Origin: Octopus sinensis
Taxonomy: Eukaryota
DNA: 64,000 nucleotides
Direction of reading: 5' to 3'
NCBI RefSeq assembly: GCF_006345805.1
Contig: NC_043011.1
Coordinates: 30,578,464-30,642,463 of the forward strand
Shown here: positions 25,973-38,960 of the stretch, in pieces
Layout: each line of letters begins with the position of its first letter
How positions within the stretch are numbered: position 1 is the stretch's first letter
The notes under the pieces: model-generated
What the model saw: only the letters and a program-made list of their open reading frames with translations
What the model was told of the DNA's origin: nothing
The model's database searches: none
Translations under genes and position numbers: made by a program

Positions 25973-26082
25973 CTTATTCTATCGGTTTCGTTTGCCGAAC
26001 CGCTAAGTTACGGGGACGTAAACACACCAGCATCGGTTGTCAAGCGATATTGGATGGACAAACACACAAACACACACACACG

Positions 26083-26118
<36 letters not shown>

Positions 26119-26290
26119 CATATATACGACAGACTTCTTTCAGTTTCCCTCCACCAAATCCACTCACAAGGCTTTGGTCGGCCCGAGGCTCTAGTAGAAA
26201 ACACTTGCTCATGGTGCCACGCAGTGGGACTGAACCCGGAATCATGTGGTTGGTAAGCAAGCTACTTACCACACAGCCACTCCTACGCCT
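25973..26290 (-). mobile_element. SINE family A, 3'-truncated
   Basis: Reverse complement of family A. Confidence 0.88.
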
Positions 26291-26312
26291 ATGATAGACC
26301 TGATAGAATAAT

Positions 26313-26636
26313 AATTTCAAATTTTGGCACAATGCCAGGAAGTTTGAAGGGTGGGGGTTAAATCGATTGCATCGACCCGGTACTTAACTGGTACATAGTT
26401 TATCTACCCCGAAGTGATGAAAAGCAAGGTCGACGTCGACGGAAAAGACGGACGAAATACCTATTTCTTTACTGCCCACAAGGGGCTAAACACAGAGCGG
26501 ACAAACAAGGACAGACATAGGTATTAAGTCGATTACATCGATCCCAGTGCGTAACTGGTACTTATTTAATCGACCCAAAAGGATGAAAGGTAAAGTCGAC
26601 CTCCTGCGTGCTAACGATTCTGCTAATCGCTGTCTT
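26313..26636 (-). mobile_element. SINE family C, partial dimer
   Basis: Two tandem core segments. Confidence 0.78.
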
Positions 26637-27495
26637 CGAAGTGATAAACTATTGAAAAGCAGACGTCATATGGTTGTTCGGTGATGATACGAAGGAGATT
26701 AGGGAGTTTTTCAAACCGAGCTGGAAGAGTTTTGTTTACTTTTAGGTGACTTGGTTTTAACCATTTGATTTAAATAGTGTAGAGTACGAGACTGACGCGT
26801 GCGTGTTGGTGAGGTGTGTACCGAAATAAAAATGACTTCTAAAAGATTTTTTTTTAAACTCAAGCTAAAAAACCACTTCTTGAAGGTGTGGTCAGCGTAT
26901 TTGTAGATGTGTGGAGGTGTGTGTAAAAGGAAGACAGCAGGAAATGACACCTAAGTATATTTGCTAAAGAGGTCGAAAGGCCGTGAGAATTAGTTATAGA
27001 ACTGAAGGTCAAGCCTATTAAGGTGTGAAGGTATTTTGCTGAAACTGTGTATGTGTGCTGGTATGTGTATGTGTGTGTGTCTGTGTGTGTGCGTGTGTGT
27101 TTGCGTGTGTGTGTGTCTGTGTGTATGTGTGTGCGTGCGTGTATGTGTGTGAGTGTAAATTTGTACTATATTTAGAAGACTGGAGGTTATGATCTCAAAG
27201 GAAAAGTTCCAGGAAGTATTGTTGCGTGGTTATGCTTGTGCGTGGGTGTGTGTGTGTGTGTGTGTGTGGTGTGTGTGTGTGAGAGTATGTGTGTAGGTGT
27301 GTGAGCCTGTGTCTGTGTGTCTGTGTCTCTCTGTGTTTGTAGGTGTGGAATGTATTTGGTGTTGGTAGGTGTCGGGAAAACCCGAACCTAATTATGGAGT
27401 ATACTTTATTTACAGAAGTCAATTATTTACGGTTTGTTGCTGAGTCTAAAAACACAGTTGGAATCATTGTATTTATAATAATGAGTGGGTTGTTC

Positions 27496-27718
27496 AAGGC
27501 GACGAGCTGGCAGACTCGTTAGCACGCCGGGCGAAATGCTTTGCGGCATTTCGTCTGCCTTCACGTTTTGAGGCCAAATTCAGCCGAGGTCGACTTTGCA
27601 ATTCATCCTTTCAGGGTCGATGAAATAAGTACCGGCTGATCCCTGGGGATCAATGTGAGTGACTTACCGCCCCCACCCCACCCCATGTTGCTAGCCTTGT
27701 GCTAAATTTGAAATCAAT
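27496..27718 (+). mobile_element. SINE family C
   Basis: AAGGCGACGAGCTGGCAGA head plus core. Confidence 0.82.
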
Positions 27719-27816
27719 ACTGGGTGTAGTATAGGAGTAATAGATGTGATAAAATGATGGTATGTAGAGATTTTAAAGTTTTTGGATATCTGAATATATG
27801 TATATACACATCAGAA

Positions 27817-28183
27817 AGGACAAACAAGGACAGACAAACGGATTAAGTCGATTATATCGACCCCAGTGCGTAACTGATACTTAATTTATCGACCCCAAAA
27901 CGATGAAAGGCGAAGTTGACTTCAGCGGAGTTTGAACTCAGAACGTAACGGCAGACGAAATACCTATTTCTTTACCACCCACAAGGGGACAAACAAGGAC
28001 AGACAAACGGATTAAGTCGATTACATCGACCCCAGTGCGCAACTGGTACTTATTTAATCGACGCCGAAAGAATGAAAAGCAAAGTCGACCTCGGCGGAAT
28101 TTGAACTCAGAACGTAGAGGCAGACGAAATACCGCGAAGCGTTTTGCCCGGCGTGCTAAAGATTCTGCCAGCTCGCCGCCTTA
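27817..28183 (-). mobile_element. SINE family C with duplicated body
   Basis: Head at 28183 followed by two core copies; inverted relative to 27496-27718. Confidence 0.85.
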
Positions 28184-28564
28184 GAATATGTTTGTATAGT
28201 AATGAGTTTTGCTAGGATTTGTCTTGCTGTATAAGTGCATGCATGCACATATGTTAGAGATGAATTGTTTACATTTGTTGTCAAACAGTGTTGGTTGAAA
28301 ATTCCATACATTATAGCAACGAAACGAAACATTGTTAACACATTTAATTAATGTTCGGTCTTAGTGACGCGGGAGAGTTAAATATGCAAATTGGTCCATT
28401 CAATTTATCTTAACCTCTAATATTAGTTGGTTGCCAGGTTAAAGGAAGCTGAAGATTTGTGGTGATGGCGATATACTGGATTTGTTCCGGGTTTTTTTTT
28501 ACGAATAATGTGTGTATTGAATGGATCAGGCTTAGCAGTGGACGATCGATGCGTGGAAAATTAC

Positions 28565-28677
28565 CACTCTGAATGTGACTTGTTCAAAACGAGAAAGAGG
28601 AAAATGACAACAGACACTAAAGGAAGAAGCACACCGATAACGAGGATTTTTAGAGTGCATTGCGATTTAATTCTCAT
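28565..28677 (-). CDS. Candidate first coding exon encoding a signal anchor (MRIKSQCTLKILVIGVLLPLVSVVIFLFLVLNKSHSE)
   Basis: aacATG context, basic N-terminus then ~21 hydrophobic residues, donor TG|gtaatt. Confidence 0.35.
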
Positions 28678-29306
28678 GTTAGCGTTCTTTTAAGTTAAAA
28701 CTAGTCTTATTTAGCCATCATGAAAAAACATAGTTACATTAAGTAACATCAATATCTCAACACTGTGAGATTCTAATGTTGATGCAGACCAATTCTTGTG
28801 AAGCATAACGTGAGAGAATGCCATTGGCATAGGGACTTACAGGCGCACTTTCCTATTCCTTCTACTTTTGTTAAAAGTATTTCACCAAAAGGCTACGCTG
28901 ATAACACGGCAACGTCATTCCCTGCCCAGTCATACTTGAATATAGAAATTAGGTCTCAATACTCCTTGTTACTGGACCGCGGCCATGTTGGAACACCGCT
29001 TTCAAGGATTTTGTCGAGCAAAACCCCAGTACTTACTTTTTATGTCTAGCTTTTTAGCGAACCGCTAGGTCACGGACTATCTATCTAGCTAGCTAACATG
29101 ATGTCTGTCTGTCTAGCTATCTATTTATCTATCAATCGATGTATCTATCTATGTCTCTATCCATCTATCTATCCATCTATCTGTCTGCTTGCCTGTCTCT
29201 CTCTCATGATCTCTCCCTCCTCTCTCTCTATCTGTCTGCCTATTTATTCCTTTATTTATCTATCTATCTGTCTATCTATATATTTCTATATCTATCAACT
29301 TGTCTC

Positions 29307-29366
<60 letters not shown>

Positions 29367-29820
29367 ACTGTCTGTCTATTTATCTATCTACCTATCTATC
29401 TATGTTTTATATGTATTATAACGGAAATTATTACTTTATTCATAGATCAAATAAGTCAATCTAGCATTGTGCATAAGCAGTTTAACTGCTGGTTTTTAGC
29501 CTCAAGTCAGTTTTAATCCAGCAGACATTACAAATGACATTTCAGCCTTGACCGTTGACTAATGCTCCTATTTTTGTTTCATATATATTAACCCTATGTC
29601 CATGTCATCCATAAGTTAATTGTTTTTAAGGTGTAATTTGAAGAAGATTTAACTGTTATAGTTAGCAGATCGAGAGTCAGCGGAGGTTCAGTGAAAACAG
29701 ATTTTTGTACAATTGTTACAGTAAACCGGCATAAACCTGGAAGTTGGTTTTTGTTTATAATTGAATTTTAAAATGTTCACTTTTGAGTAATCTATCGAAT
29801 TGTATGTATGCATGTATGCA

Positions 29821-29878
<58 letters not shown>

Positions 29879-30075
29879 GCTAGCTAGCTAGCTAACTAGC
29901 TATCTCTATACAAAATTAAGAGAAATAACCACTAATGTGGACACCTAATATGCTAAACATAGACGTCAAATCGCCATTACCACGAAGAATGTGTTCTCAA
30001 GAAAAATCTCAGCAAAACGCCAAAATGTAAAAATGAGCAAGACAAATAAAAATATACGAAAGAAAAAACGATTAC

Positions 30076-30149
30076 CTATGTACCATTGGTTTCACTTGTT
30101 AATATTTACGTATGCAAACACGCAGATATCTACAAGATCGTCAGCGTAG
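30076..30149 (-). ncRNA. Type I hammerhead ribozyme motif
   Basis: Minus strand CTACG-CTGACGA-tCTTGT...ACAAGt-GAAA-CCAATG-GTA-CATAG; one stem I mismatch consistent with CpG decay. Confidence 0.68.
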
Positions 30150-30361
30150 TCTGTCGCTTATAAAACACAATTTCCAGAACTAGATGCAGAACGCTCGACC
30201 GAAATCGAGCAAGCATGAAGTTCTACAAATTATATTTGGGTGTATTTTTCAAATGTCTTCACTTTGGCGCGCTGAGGCCGGAAATTACTCTGCAGTAAAT
30301 AAATTTCAGCAGCCAATTTACTGGTTAGAGAACATTATATATATATATATATATATATATA

Positions 30362-30745
30362 CTAGCAGTATCGCCCGGCGTTGCTCAGGTTTGTAAGGGA
30401 AATAACTATAAAGCATTTTTAGAGAGTTATAAGCCAAAAAATAGCAAAAAAATGGAAAAAAAGATGGTTAATTTTTTTTGAGATTTAAAAAAGGTGGAGT
30501 TGCGTCCCCTAGACAGTTTGTGGTTCGTGTTTCTGATTCTCGACCCCATGTCGAATTTATCGATTTTTTTCAGAACCGGGGGAACTTTTCAAAATTTTCG
30601 CTGCGTTAGTTTTGAATTATGACATTGGGCTATGTGTGTGTCAAGTTTCATCAGAATCGGTTGAAAGCCGTGGTCAGGGTGAGGGTACAACCTAACAGAC
30701 ACACAGAAACACGCACAGACAAACTGCCGTTTATATAGAGAGAGA
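30362..30745 (-). mobile_element. Non-autonomous Helitron
   Basis: Minus strand 5'-TC...CTAG-3' inserted between A and T; subterminal GC-rich hairpin; ACAG-like tract. Confidence 0.75.
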
Positions 30746-30762
30746 TGTATGTATTTATATAT

Positions 30763-30926
30763 AGGCGCAGGAGTGGCTGCGTGGTATGTATCTTGCTTAC
30801 CAACCACATGGTTCCGGGTTCAGTCCCACTGCATGGCACTTTGGGCAAGTGTCTTCTACTATAGCCTCGGGCCAACCAAAGCCTTGTGAGCGGATTTGGT
30901 AGACGGAAACTGAACGAAGCCCGTCG

Positions 30927-30959
<33 letters not shown>

Positions 30960-31150
30960 GTATATGAGTGTGTGTGTTATTTGTGTCTCTGTTTGCCCCC
31001 CCCCCATCATCACTTGAGCTAACGATTCGGCAAACGAGACCAATAGAATAAGTATTAGGCTTACAAAGAATAAGTCCTGGGGTCGATTTGTTCGACTAAA
31101 GTCGATGCTCCAGCATGACCGCAGTCAAATGATTGAAACAAGTAAAAGAA
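30763..31150 (+). mobile_element. SINE family A
   Basis: Matches family A with a small internal deletion. Confidence 0.88.
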
Positions 31151-31279
31151 CATACACAAGCACACACACATAAAAGAGCATACATACATATATAATATTT
31201 GCTTATACGTTGCAATAAACCAATCTTTCATTAACCTAAAGGATTACTCAATATATTTGGCAGAATACAAATTTATTAC

Positions 31280-31441
31280 TCTTGAACAAAAATAGTTTTG
31301 ACTCTGACTGCTTCGGCCGTGACATCGTGATTAGGACGTTGCACTCCCGTTCTTACGACTGTGGTTGCGATTTCCGAACCAGCCTGTACGCTGTGTTCGA
31401 AAGTAAAACACTTCATTGAGTTACCCTGTATATTAGTTACC
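31280..31441 (-). CDS. Candidate internal coding exon (162 nt, phase 2-2)
   Basis: Acceptor ttccatcgcag|, donor GA|gtaata, open frame VTNIQGNSMKCFTFEHSVQAGSEIATTVVRTGVQRPNHDVTAEAVRVKTIFVQ; GC-richer unique sequence. Confidence 0.35.
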
Positions 31442-31493
31442 CTGCGATGGAATACGGCACAACGTGACATTTACAAGAAAAACATATGGATAT

Positions 31494-31735
31494 GGAAGCA
31501 CTCCGTCGGTTACGACGACGAGGGTTCGGGTTGATCCGAATCAACGGAACAGCCTGCTCGTGAAATTAACGTGTAAGTGACTGAGCACTCCACAGACACG
31601 TGCACCCTTAACGTAGTTCTCGGGGATATTCAGCGTGACACAGATAGTGACAAGGCCGGCCCCTTGAAATAGAAGTACAACAGAAACAGGAAGTAAGAGT
31701 GAGAGAAAGTTGTGGTGAAAGAGTACAGCAGGGAT
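31494..31735 (-). mobile_element. SINE family B, 3' part
   Basis: Matches 38044-38430 in reverse. Confidence 0.85.
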
Positions 31736-31851
31736 CCAGCTTCCATAACTGATATTATGAAAGTTTAATTGAATTTATTTCAATTTTTCCTTCCGTTTTC
31801 TTAAACCAAAACCGGTACATGTTTACTTTCTGTTTCCCATACTCGCTTACT

Positions 31852-32241
31852 CTCTCTTTACTCTTTTACTTGTTTCAGTCATTTGACTGTGGCCATGTTG
31901 GAGCACCGCCTATAGCCGAGCAAATCGGCCCGACGACTTATTCTTTGTAAGCCTAGTACTTATTTTATCGGTCTCTTTTGCCGAACCGCTAAGTTACGGG
32001 GACGCAAACACACCAGCATCGGTTGTCAAGCGATGTTGGGGACAAACACACAAACATGTACACACACACTTACATATATATACATATACATATATACGAC
32101 GGGCTTCTTTCAGTTTCCGTCTACCAAATCCACTCACAAGGCTATAGTGGAAGACACCTTGCCCAAGGTACCACGCAGTGGGAATGAAGCCGAAACGATG
32201 TGATTGGTAAGCAAGCTACTTACCACACAGCCACTCCTGCG
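31852..32241 (-). mobile_element. SINE family A
   Basis: Reverse complement of family A. Confidence 0.88.
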
Positions 32242-32447
32242 TCTGTGTTAAAGTTCCATGAATATTTCCATCTTATTTTCCTATATACATACTTTCATGC
32301 CTACATAATACATACATACACTGCACATGCATACGTATATGTTTTTAATTAAGAATCGGCAAACGAATGAAAGTCTCGGCCCTAATCACTCTGTAACTTC
32401 TACTGATTATTAATGAACCACAACACACACACATACATATATATAAT

Positions 32448-32478
<31 letters not shown>

Positions 32479-32643
32479 CTATATATATATAAGTATTTGA
32501 GTAGTTGAATGAATATCTTATTATGGACAATTCGGTTAACCGATACCTGGGTAGCAAATTCACGTTCAGAAAAACACGGTTGAAGCTACATGCCAAGGGC
32601 AGAGATCACGTGCTTTCGTGTGGAAATTTGTGAGTTTTTTAAA

Positions 32644-32935
<292 letters not shown>

Positions 32936-33149
32936 GAGACAATTCACAAAAGACGAAGACAGGTGGTGTAGACAACAAACAGATGTTTTAGGATAACGCT
33001 CGGGAAGTAAACAAGTCTTCATGTTTTGAGTTCAGTTTTCCTTTTGCATTCTATTTTTGTGTTTGTCTGGCTGGGACACCGCCGGTATCATATTTTCAGT
33101 GGCCATTCTTTTGTGATCGACTTTTGGTAAAGGAGGGTGTTTGATATTA

Positions 33150-33990
33150 CTGCCCTCTTTTGTGTTTCTTGCCATGATGTAGGATCATCTGGGACCTTGG
33201 ACAGAAAGTTGAAAAACTACGTTCATTCCGAGTAGGTCTTTCAGATCTTTTGGCAAAATGTTAAATAGCTGTGAACTTTTGATTCCCAAGCTCTGGCGGT
33301 ACTTAGTCTTCACTGTAGACGAGATGGGTGGAACTTTGGAACAGTGCAGTGACATCCAACTCAAGGGTGTTCGACACCAAAGTTTGGTACCAACCCCTCA
33401 TGCATATCTCTTCCGTCTTCGCTTCAAGGAGTAGAGTCGTAACTCTTTCAGTCTTTCCGAGAAATCCAGCTGTTCCTTTGGTGCAATCTTCCTGGTGTAG
33501 CACCGCTAAACTGCCTCAAGTTTCGCAATAATTTTGAAATTGTGGGGTGACCATACATGAGAGCAGTAGTTCAGACGGCTGAGGACAAATGTCATTCATA
33601 GAACCAGCATAGTTTCCTGTTCTCTTGCTCTGAAAGTTCTCAGAATCCATCTGGTCATTCGCCTGCACACTTCCGCCATGCTGTGACATCGTTGTTCATG
33701 TCAATAACTCTGGGATTGCTGCACTTTTTAGTTCAAAGTATCTATGTTGTAACATGTGAGCGCAAGCTGGCTGATAATGGAGGACTTGGAATTTTCCTGT
33801 ATTGAACTGCACGCTTCTTTGGCCCATTTATATATGGCATCTAGGCCTTTCTGTAGAAGGTTAGCATCGAAATGTGCCTTGGCTGCTTTTCCTACTCTTG
33901 TATCGTCGACATAGCAAGTAAGTGTGACTGACTCTGTGCAAAGAGCAAGGCTATAAGGAGAAATTTTCTCCAAGACAAATGCTTTCCACG
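33150..33990 (-). pseudogene. CR1/Jockey-group LINE RT C-terminal remnant
   Basis: YVDDT...LQKGLDAIYKWA...MQFN.GKFQVL motifs with frameshifts. Confidence 0.8.
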
Positions 33991-34056
33991 TTGCATTGAT
34001 ATCTCTCTCTCTCTCTCTCTTTCTTTCTCTCTCTCTCTCTCTCTCTATCTCTATCT

Positions 34057-34094
<38 letters not shown>

Positions 34095-34104
34095 TATATA
34101 TGGA

Positions 34105-34328
34105 TGGAAGCATTCCGTCGGTTACGACGACGAGGGTTCCGTTGATCCGATCAACGGAACAGCCTGCTCGTGAAATTAACGTGTAAGTGGCTGAGCACTC
34201 CACAGACACGTGTACCCTTAACGTAGTTCTCGAGGATTATTCAGCGTGACACAGAGAGTGAAAAGGCCGGCCTTTTGATCCTACGACCGCGAGTCCGCTG
34301 CCCTAACCACTGGGCCATTGCGCCTCCA
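34105..34328 (-). mobile_element. SINE family B (internally deleted)
   Basis: Head and tail of family B joined. Confidence 0.85.
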
Positions 34329-34331
34329 TAG

Positions 34332-34363
<32 letters not shown>

Positions 34364-34442
34364 ACCGAGGTAAGTAGTAAACACATAAATGTGAAACAAG
34401 GTGGAAAAAAGGGTACTCAAATACCAGTGGTAGAGTAATATG

Positions 34443-34571
34443 CTTTATTTAAAGCAGCAGAAAATTCAACAAAACCTGTTATTCTGAGTTCCAGTTGCCG
34501 TTCATCGGACATGTCCGATGAACGGCAACGGGAAACTCAGGTTTGTTGAATTTTCTGCTGCTTTAAATAAA

Positions 34572-34572
<1 letters not shown>
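34443..34572. repeat. Palindrome with back-to-back hammerhead-like cores
   Basis: Centre GACA|TGTC; right arm TGT-CCGATGA-ACG-gcaa-CGG-GAAAC-TCAG; left arm continues as element 3' end to ~34362. Confidence 0.75.
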
Positions 34573-34659
<87 letters not shown>

Positions 34660-34668
34660 ATTATATAT

Positions 34669-34863
34669 AAATTATACCATTTAGAAAAATTACATCTTAT
34701 AGAATGATTAAATATAAGATAAATCATTGATTAAGTAATTCGAAAATTATTTACCAAATATATACGTTTTATTTATTATTTTCTAAATTACTTAATCAGT
34801 GTTATATGATTTATCTTATATTTAATCTTTCTATAATATGTAATTTTTCTAAATGGTATAATT
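34669..34863. repeat. AT-rich inverted repeat, ~75-bp arms, in a TA tract
   Basis: AAATTATACCATTTAGAAAAATTACAT... / ...ATGTAATTTTTCTAAATGGTATAATTT. Confidence 0.85.
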
Positions 34864-35013
34864 TAATTATTCATTATTGAATTGATAAAAGGTGTTTTTT
34901 TTAAAATTTATATATATATATACATATTATATTTTGTGAAATTTGATTTAGTATTTCTAAATTGAATTTTCCCCTGTAAGTTTGGAATATTTCCTCATAT
35001 CATATATATACAT

Positions 35014-35052
<39 letters not shown>

Positions 35053-35167
35053 CATATGTACATAAATATATATATAAGTGTGTGTGTGTGTGTGGTGGGC
35101 GTGTATATGTGTATGTCTGTGTGTGTGTTTGTGTTGTGTGTCGTATAAGCACACTACGTATATACTT

Positions 35168-36045
35168 CATTCAAATTGTAACTACCATTCACATGCGTAT
35201 ATGAGGCGGTGTACATGTGTTTGTGTGTGTATGCGTGTGTGGTAGTGATTGAAAAATATTTTTCTTACCATAATAAAAAAAAAAAGATAATTAGGTATTG
35301 AAAGGAAACCTAGAAAACAGCAAATTTATTTGATTCTTTTTCTCCCGTTGTGTTGACAAGCTTCAGCTTCAAAACAGGTAAACAACACGTCTATACATAT
35401 GTCATCGTTTTCTACTTTTAACCGTTGAATGCGAAATATTCATCACTCTCTTTATTCTTTTACTTGTTTCAGTCATTTGACTGTGGCCATGCTGGAGCAC
35501 CGCCTTTAGTCCAGGAAATCGACCCCCCAGGACTTATTCTTTGTAAGCCTTATTCTATCGGTCGGTCTCTTTTGCCGAACCGCTAAGTTCCGGGGATGTA
35601 AACACACCAGGATCGGTTGTCAAGCGATGCTGGGTTGTGGTGGACAAACATAGACACACAAACATATACATATATATATATATGACGGGTTTCTTTCAGT
35701 TTCCGCCCACCAACTCCACTGACAAGGCTTTGGTTGTCCCGAGTCTATAATAGAAGACACTTGCTCAAGGTGCCATGCAGTGGGTCTGAACCCGGAACCA
35801 TGTGATTGGTAAGAAAAATACTTACCACGCAGCCGCTCAGGCGTCTACATATATATATACATTCAAAGTGTAACTACCATTCACATGCATATATGAGGCG
35901 GTGTACATGTGTTTGTGTGTGTATGTGTGTGGTAGTGACTGAAAAATATTTTTCTTGCCACAATAAAAAAAAAAGATAATTAGGTATTGAAAGGAAACCT
36001 AGAAAACAACAAATTTATTTGATTCTTTTTTTCCCGTTGTGTTGA
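35168..36045. repeat. ~190-bp direct duplication (35168-35356 and 35860-36045) around a minus-strand family A SINE (35446-35843)
   Basis: CATTCAAA.TGTAACTACCATTCACATGC...CCCGTTGTGTTGA present twice. Confidence 0.9.
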
Positions 36046-36465
36046 AAGAAACCCGTTATATATATATATATGTATATGTTTGTGTGTCTATGTTTCTCCA
36101 CCACCACCCAACATCGCTTGACAACCGATGCTGTTGTGTTTACGTCCCCGAAACTTAGCGGTTCGGCAAAAGAGAACGATAGAATAAGTACTAGGCTTAC
36201 AAAAGATAAGTCCTGGGGTCGATTTCCTGGACTAAAGGCGATGCTCCAGTAAGGCCACAGTCAAATGACTGAAACAAGTAAAAGTGTAATAGAATAAAGA
36301 GCCTGAAGCGGCCATGATACTGGAGTACCTATATATATATATATATATATTATATAATATATTATATATTATATATATACATATATAATAGGAGCTACTC
36401 AGTATCATGGCCGCTGACTGAAACAAGTAAAGAAATAAAAGAATAAAGGAATGTGACTTTTCTAT

Positions 36466-36500
36466 ATTTCTGATGAAGAGCTCCGCTCGAAGCGTGAAAT
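36466..36500 (+). ncRNA. Minimal hammerhead motif, decayed
   Basis: ATTT-CTGATGA-aGAGC-tcc-GCTC-GAAG-C-GTG-AAAT; GAAA and cleavage triplet mutated. Confidence 0.5.
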
Positions 36501-36604
36501 CCTCTTTCTTTCCTTTCTTTTCTTTTCGTGAGCGTCCAATAACACAATCCTTGTACCACGTCTTCGCGTTGTTGTTTTTTCTTGCTGGTTCTTGTTTGCA
36601 TTGA

Positions 36605-36649
<45 letters not shown>

Positions 36650-37080
36650 TATATATATATATATATTGTGTATATATATATATATATATGTTATATATAT
36701 ATATATATATATATGCATATATATAATACATACATACATACATATAATTATATATATACATTATATATAAGATATATACAACATACATACATACACCATA
36801 TATAATATATATATTATATATATATATATATTATATAATATATATATTATATATATATATCTTTTATCTTTGACTTGTTTGAGTCACAGGACTGCAGCTA
36901 TGATTGGGCACTACCTTCAAGGATTTAGCCGAACGGATCTACCCCTTTCCTTTTTCTCTAAAGCCGGGTACTTTTTCTATCCAACTCTTTTGCCGATCTG
37001 CTAGATTATGAGCACATAAACAAACCAACACCAGCTCTCAGGCGATGATGGGGTACAAGGAGAAGCACAACGCCATACAC

Positions 37081-37137
<57 letters not shown>

Positions 37138-37368
37138 CACATATATTATATATATATATATTCAATCAGAGGTTAAATTATCCTCATTAAGGGATTGTAT
37201 CATTCAATGAGTTACTGGTTCAATACCAAATATTTGTTGTGAATAATAGCATTCATAAAACAATAGGTTTATGTATAAATCATGGTTTATAATCATTCAA
37301 AAGAAAGTAAGAAAATGAGGATAAAGCATTTAATAAAAATTTGTTATCTGCTAAAATCAAACATAGTC

Positions 37369-37449
37369 CCTCACAACTGTTTCAATTAAGCCTAAAAGAT
37401 TAAATAGCAATTATTAAAATCATTATATTAAGCAAAATCTCTTCAGAGG
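37369..37449 (-). ncRNA. Hammerhead motif, decayed cleavage site
   Basis: Minus strand CCT-CTGAAGA-(56 nt)-GAAA-CAGTT-GTG-AGG; same layout as 54795-54879. Confidence 0.5.
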
Positions 37450-38043
37450 AGTAGAAAAAAGAAATACCGTTAGGTTTTTTATGTGTTGTATTTTAGAATC
37501 ATCACAGCAGATCAGTCTCTAACGTCTGTGACTACAATTACTTGTTGGTCACTACTTGAATTTTTACGTGTGTACTCTTCGCTGAACGATAAAAATTGTC
37601 TGGGTTATATATTAATATTAATAATAAAAAAGAGCATGAAGACTTCTACATCTCAAAAGTTAATTTGGAGCTATATACACCCATCAATACAAGTGTTACA
37701 CTGTAAATCCAAAACGTAATACGCACAACCATTAAAATGACCGAAGAGTCTTACCAAAAGAATAATCTCGGCCTAGACCTATTTTAGACCAAGCCCAACT
37801 TCGGACAGTGACTGGGGTGAAGTTGAGGTCAGCAGTACATACTTATAAATGACAACACCCCTCAACTCCCACAGAACATTAACTAACAAAGACTTTCTCC
37901 AGTCAGTTCATTTCGAGGGTGACCAAATGGACGGACCCTCATGAAACTGTGCCGACAATATTGCAAGGTTACATTTGCAACAGTGTATAACCAGTCTAGC
38001 GGAAACACGTGTACGTCATTATAATATGATGTATAGTACTATA

Positions 38044-38430
38044 GGTGGAGGCGAAATGGCCCAGTGGTTAGGGCAGCGGACTCGCGGTCATAGGATTGCG
38101 GTTTCGATTCCCAGACCGGGCGTTGTGAGTGTTTATTGAGCGAAAACACCTAAAGCTCCACGAGGCTCCAGCAGGGGATGGTGGTGATCCCTGCTGTACT
38201 CTTTCACCACAACTGTCTCTCACTCTTACTTCCTGTTTCTGTTGTACCTGTATTTCAAAGGGCCGGCCTTGTCACTCTCTGTGTCACGCTGAATATCCCT
38301 GAGAACTACGTTAAGGGTACGCGTGTCTGTGGAGTGCTCAGCCATTTACACGTTAATTTCACGAGCAGGCTGTTCCGTTGATTCGGATCAACCGGAACCC
38401 TCGTCGTCGTAACCGACGGAGTGCTTCCAT
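38044..38430 (+). mobile_element. SINE family B, full length with TSD
   Basis: tRNA-like head; AGTACTATA on both sides. Confidence 0.9.
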
Positions 38431-38927
38431 CCCCAGTACTATAAAGAAAATTTTTGGGATGAAGTCCCCTTATTTATTAAAATTATATTCAAGATTTAAG
38501 TTATATATATATATATATTATATATAATATATATATATAATTTGTTCATGGGAAACGTTTCGCATATGCAAATAAAGCTCCTATTCCAGTCCATATTCCT
38601 GAGATGATTATAGTGTAGTCCATAATATCCGTAGGCGTCGGGTGGACCATCTCAATGGACTCATATCTTCTGGCGATATATGATCTACACGATGCCCACA
38701 GATAATACGGACTATATTGTAAGCAGCCCAGGAATACGAACTTTGATCTTAAGAGACATAGGATTTGTGGAAACGTACGTAGCGATGCATTAAAATGTTT
38801 ATGAATTCCATCCAAGGGTAACTGTTATTATTACCATATATATATATATATATATATATATATTGCGAGAAGAATATGTTGCATTTGCATATGTGTGCAT
38901 GTACATATGAACAGATGAAAGTATGCT

Positions 38928-38960
<33 letters not shown>

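Noticed and set aside
38680-38790. Additional hammerhead (GAAAC-GTAC-GTA with a CCACAGAT/ATTTGTGG stem)
   Set aside because: 5' core CTGANGA not recognisable; probably a decayed member, not counted
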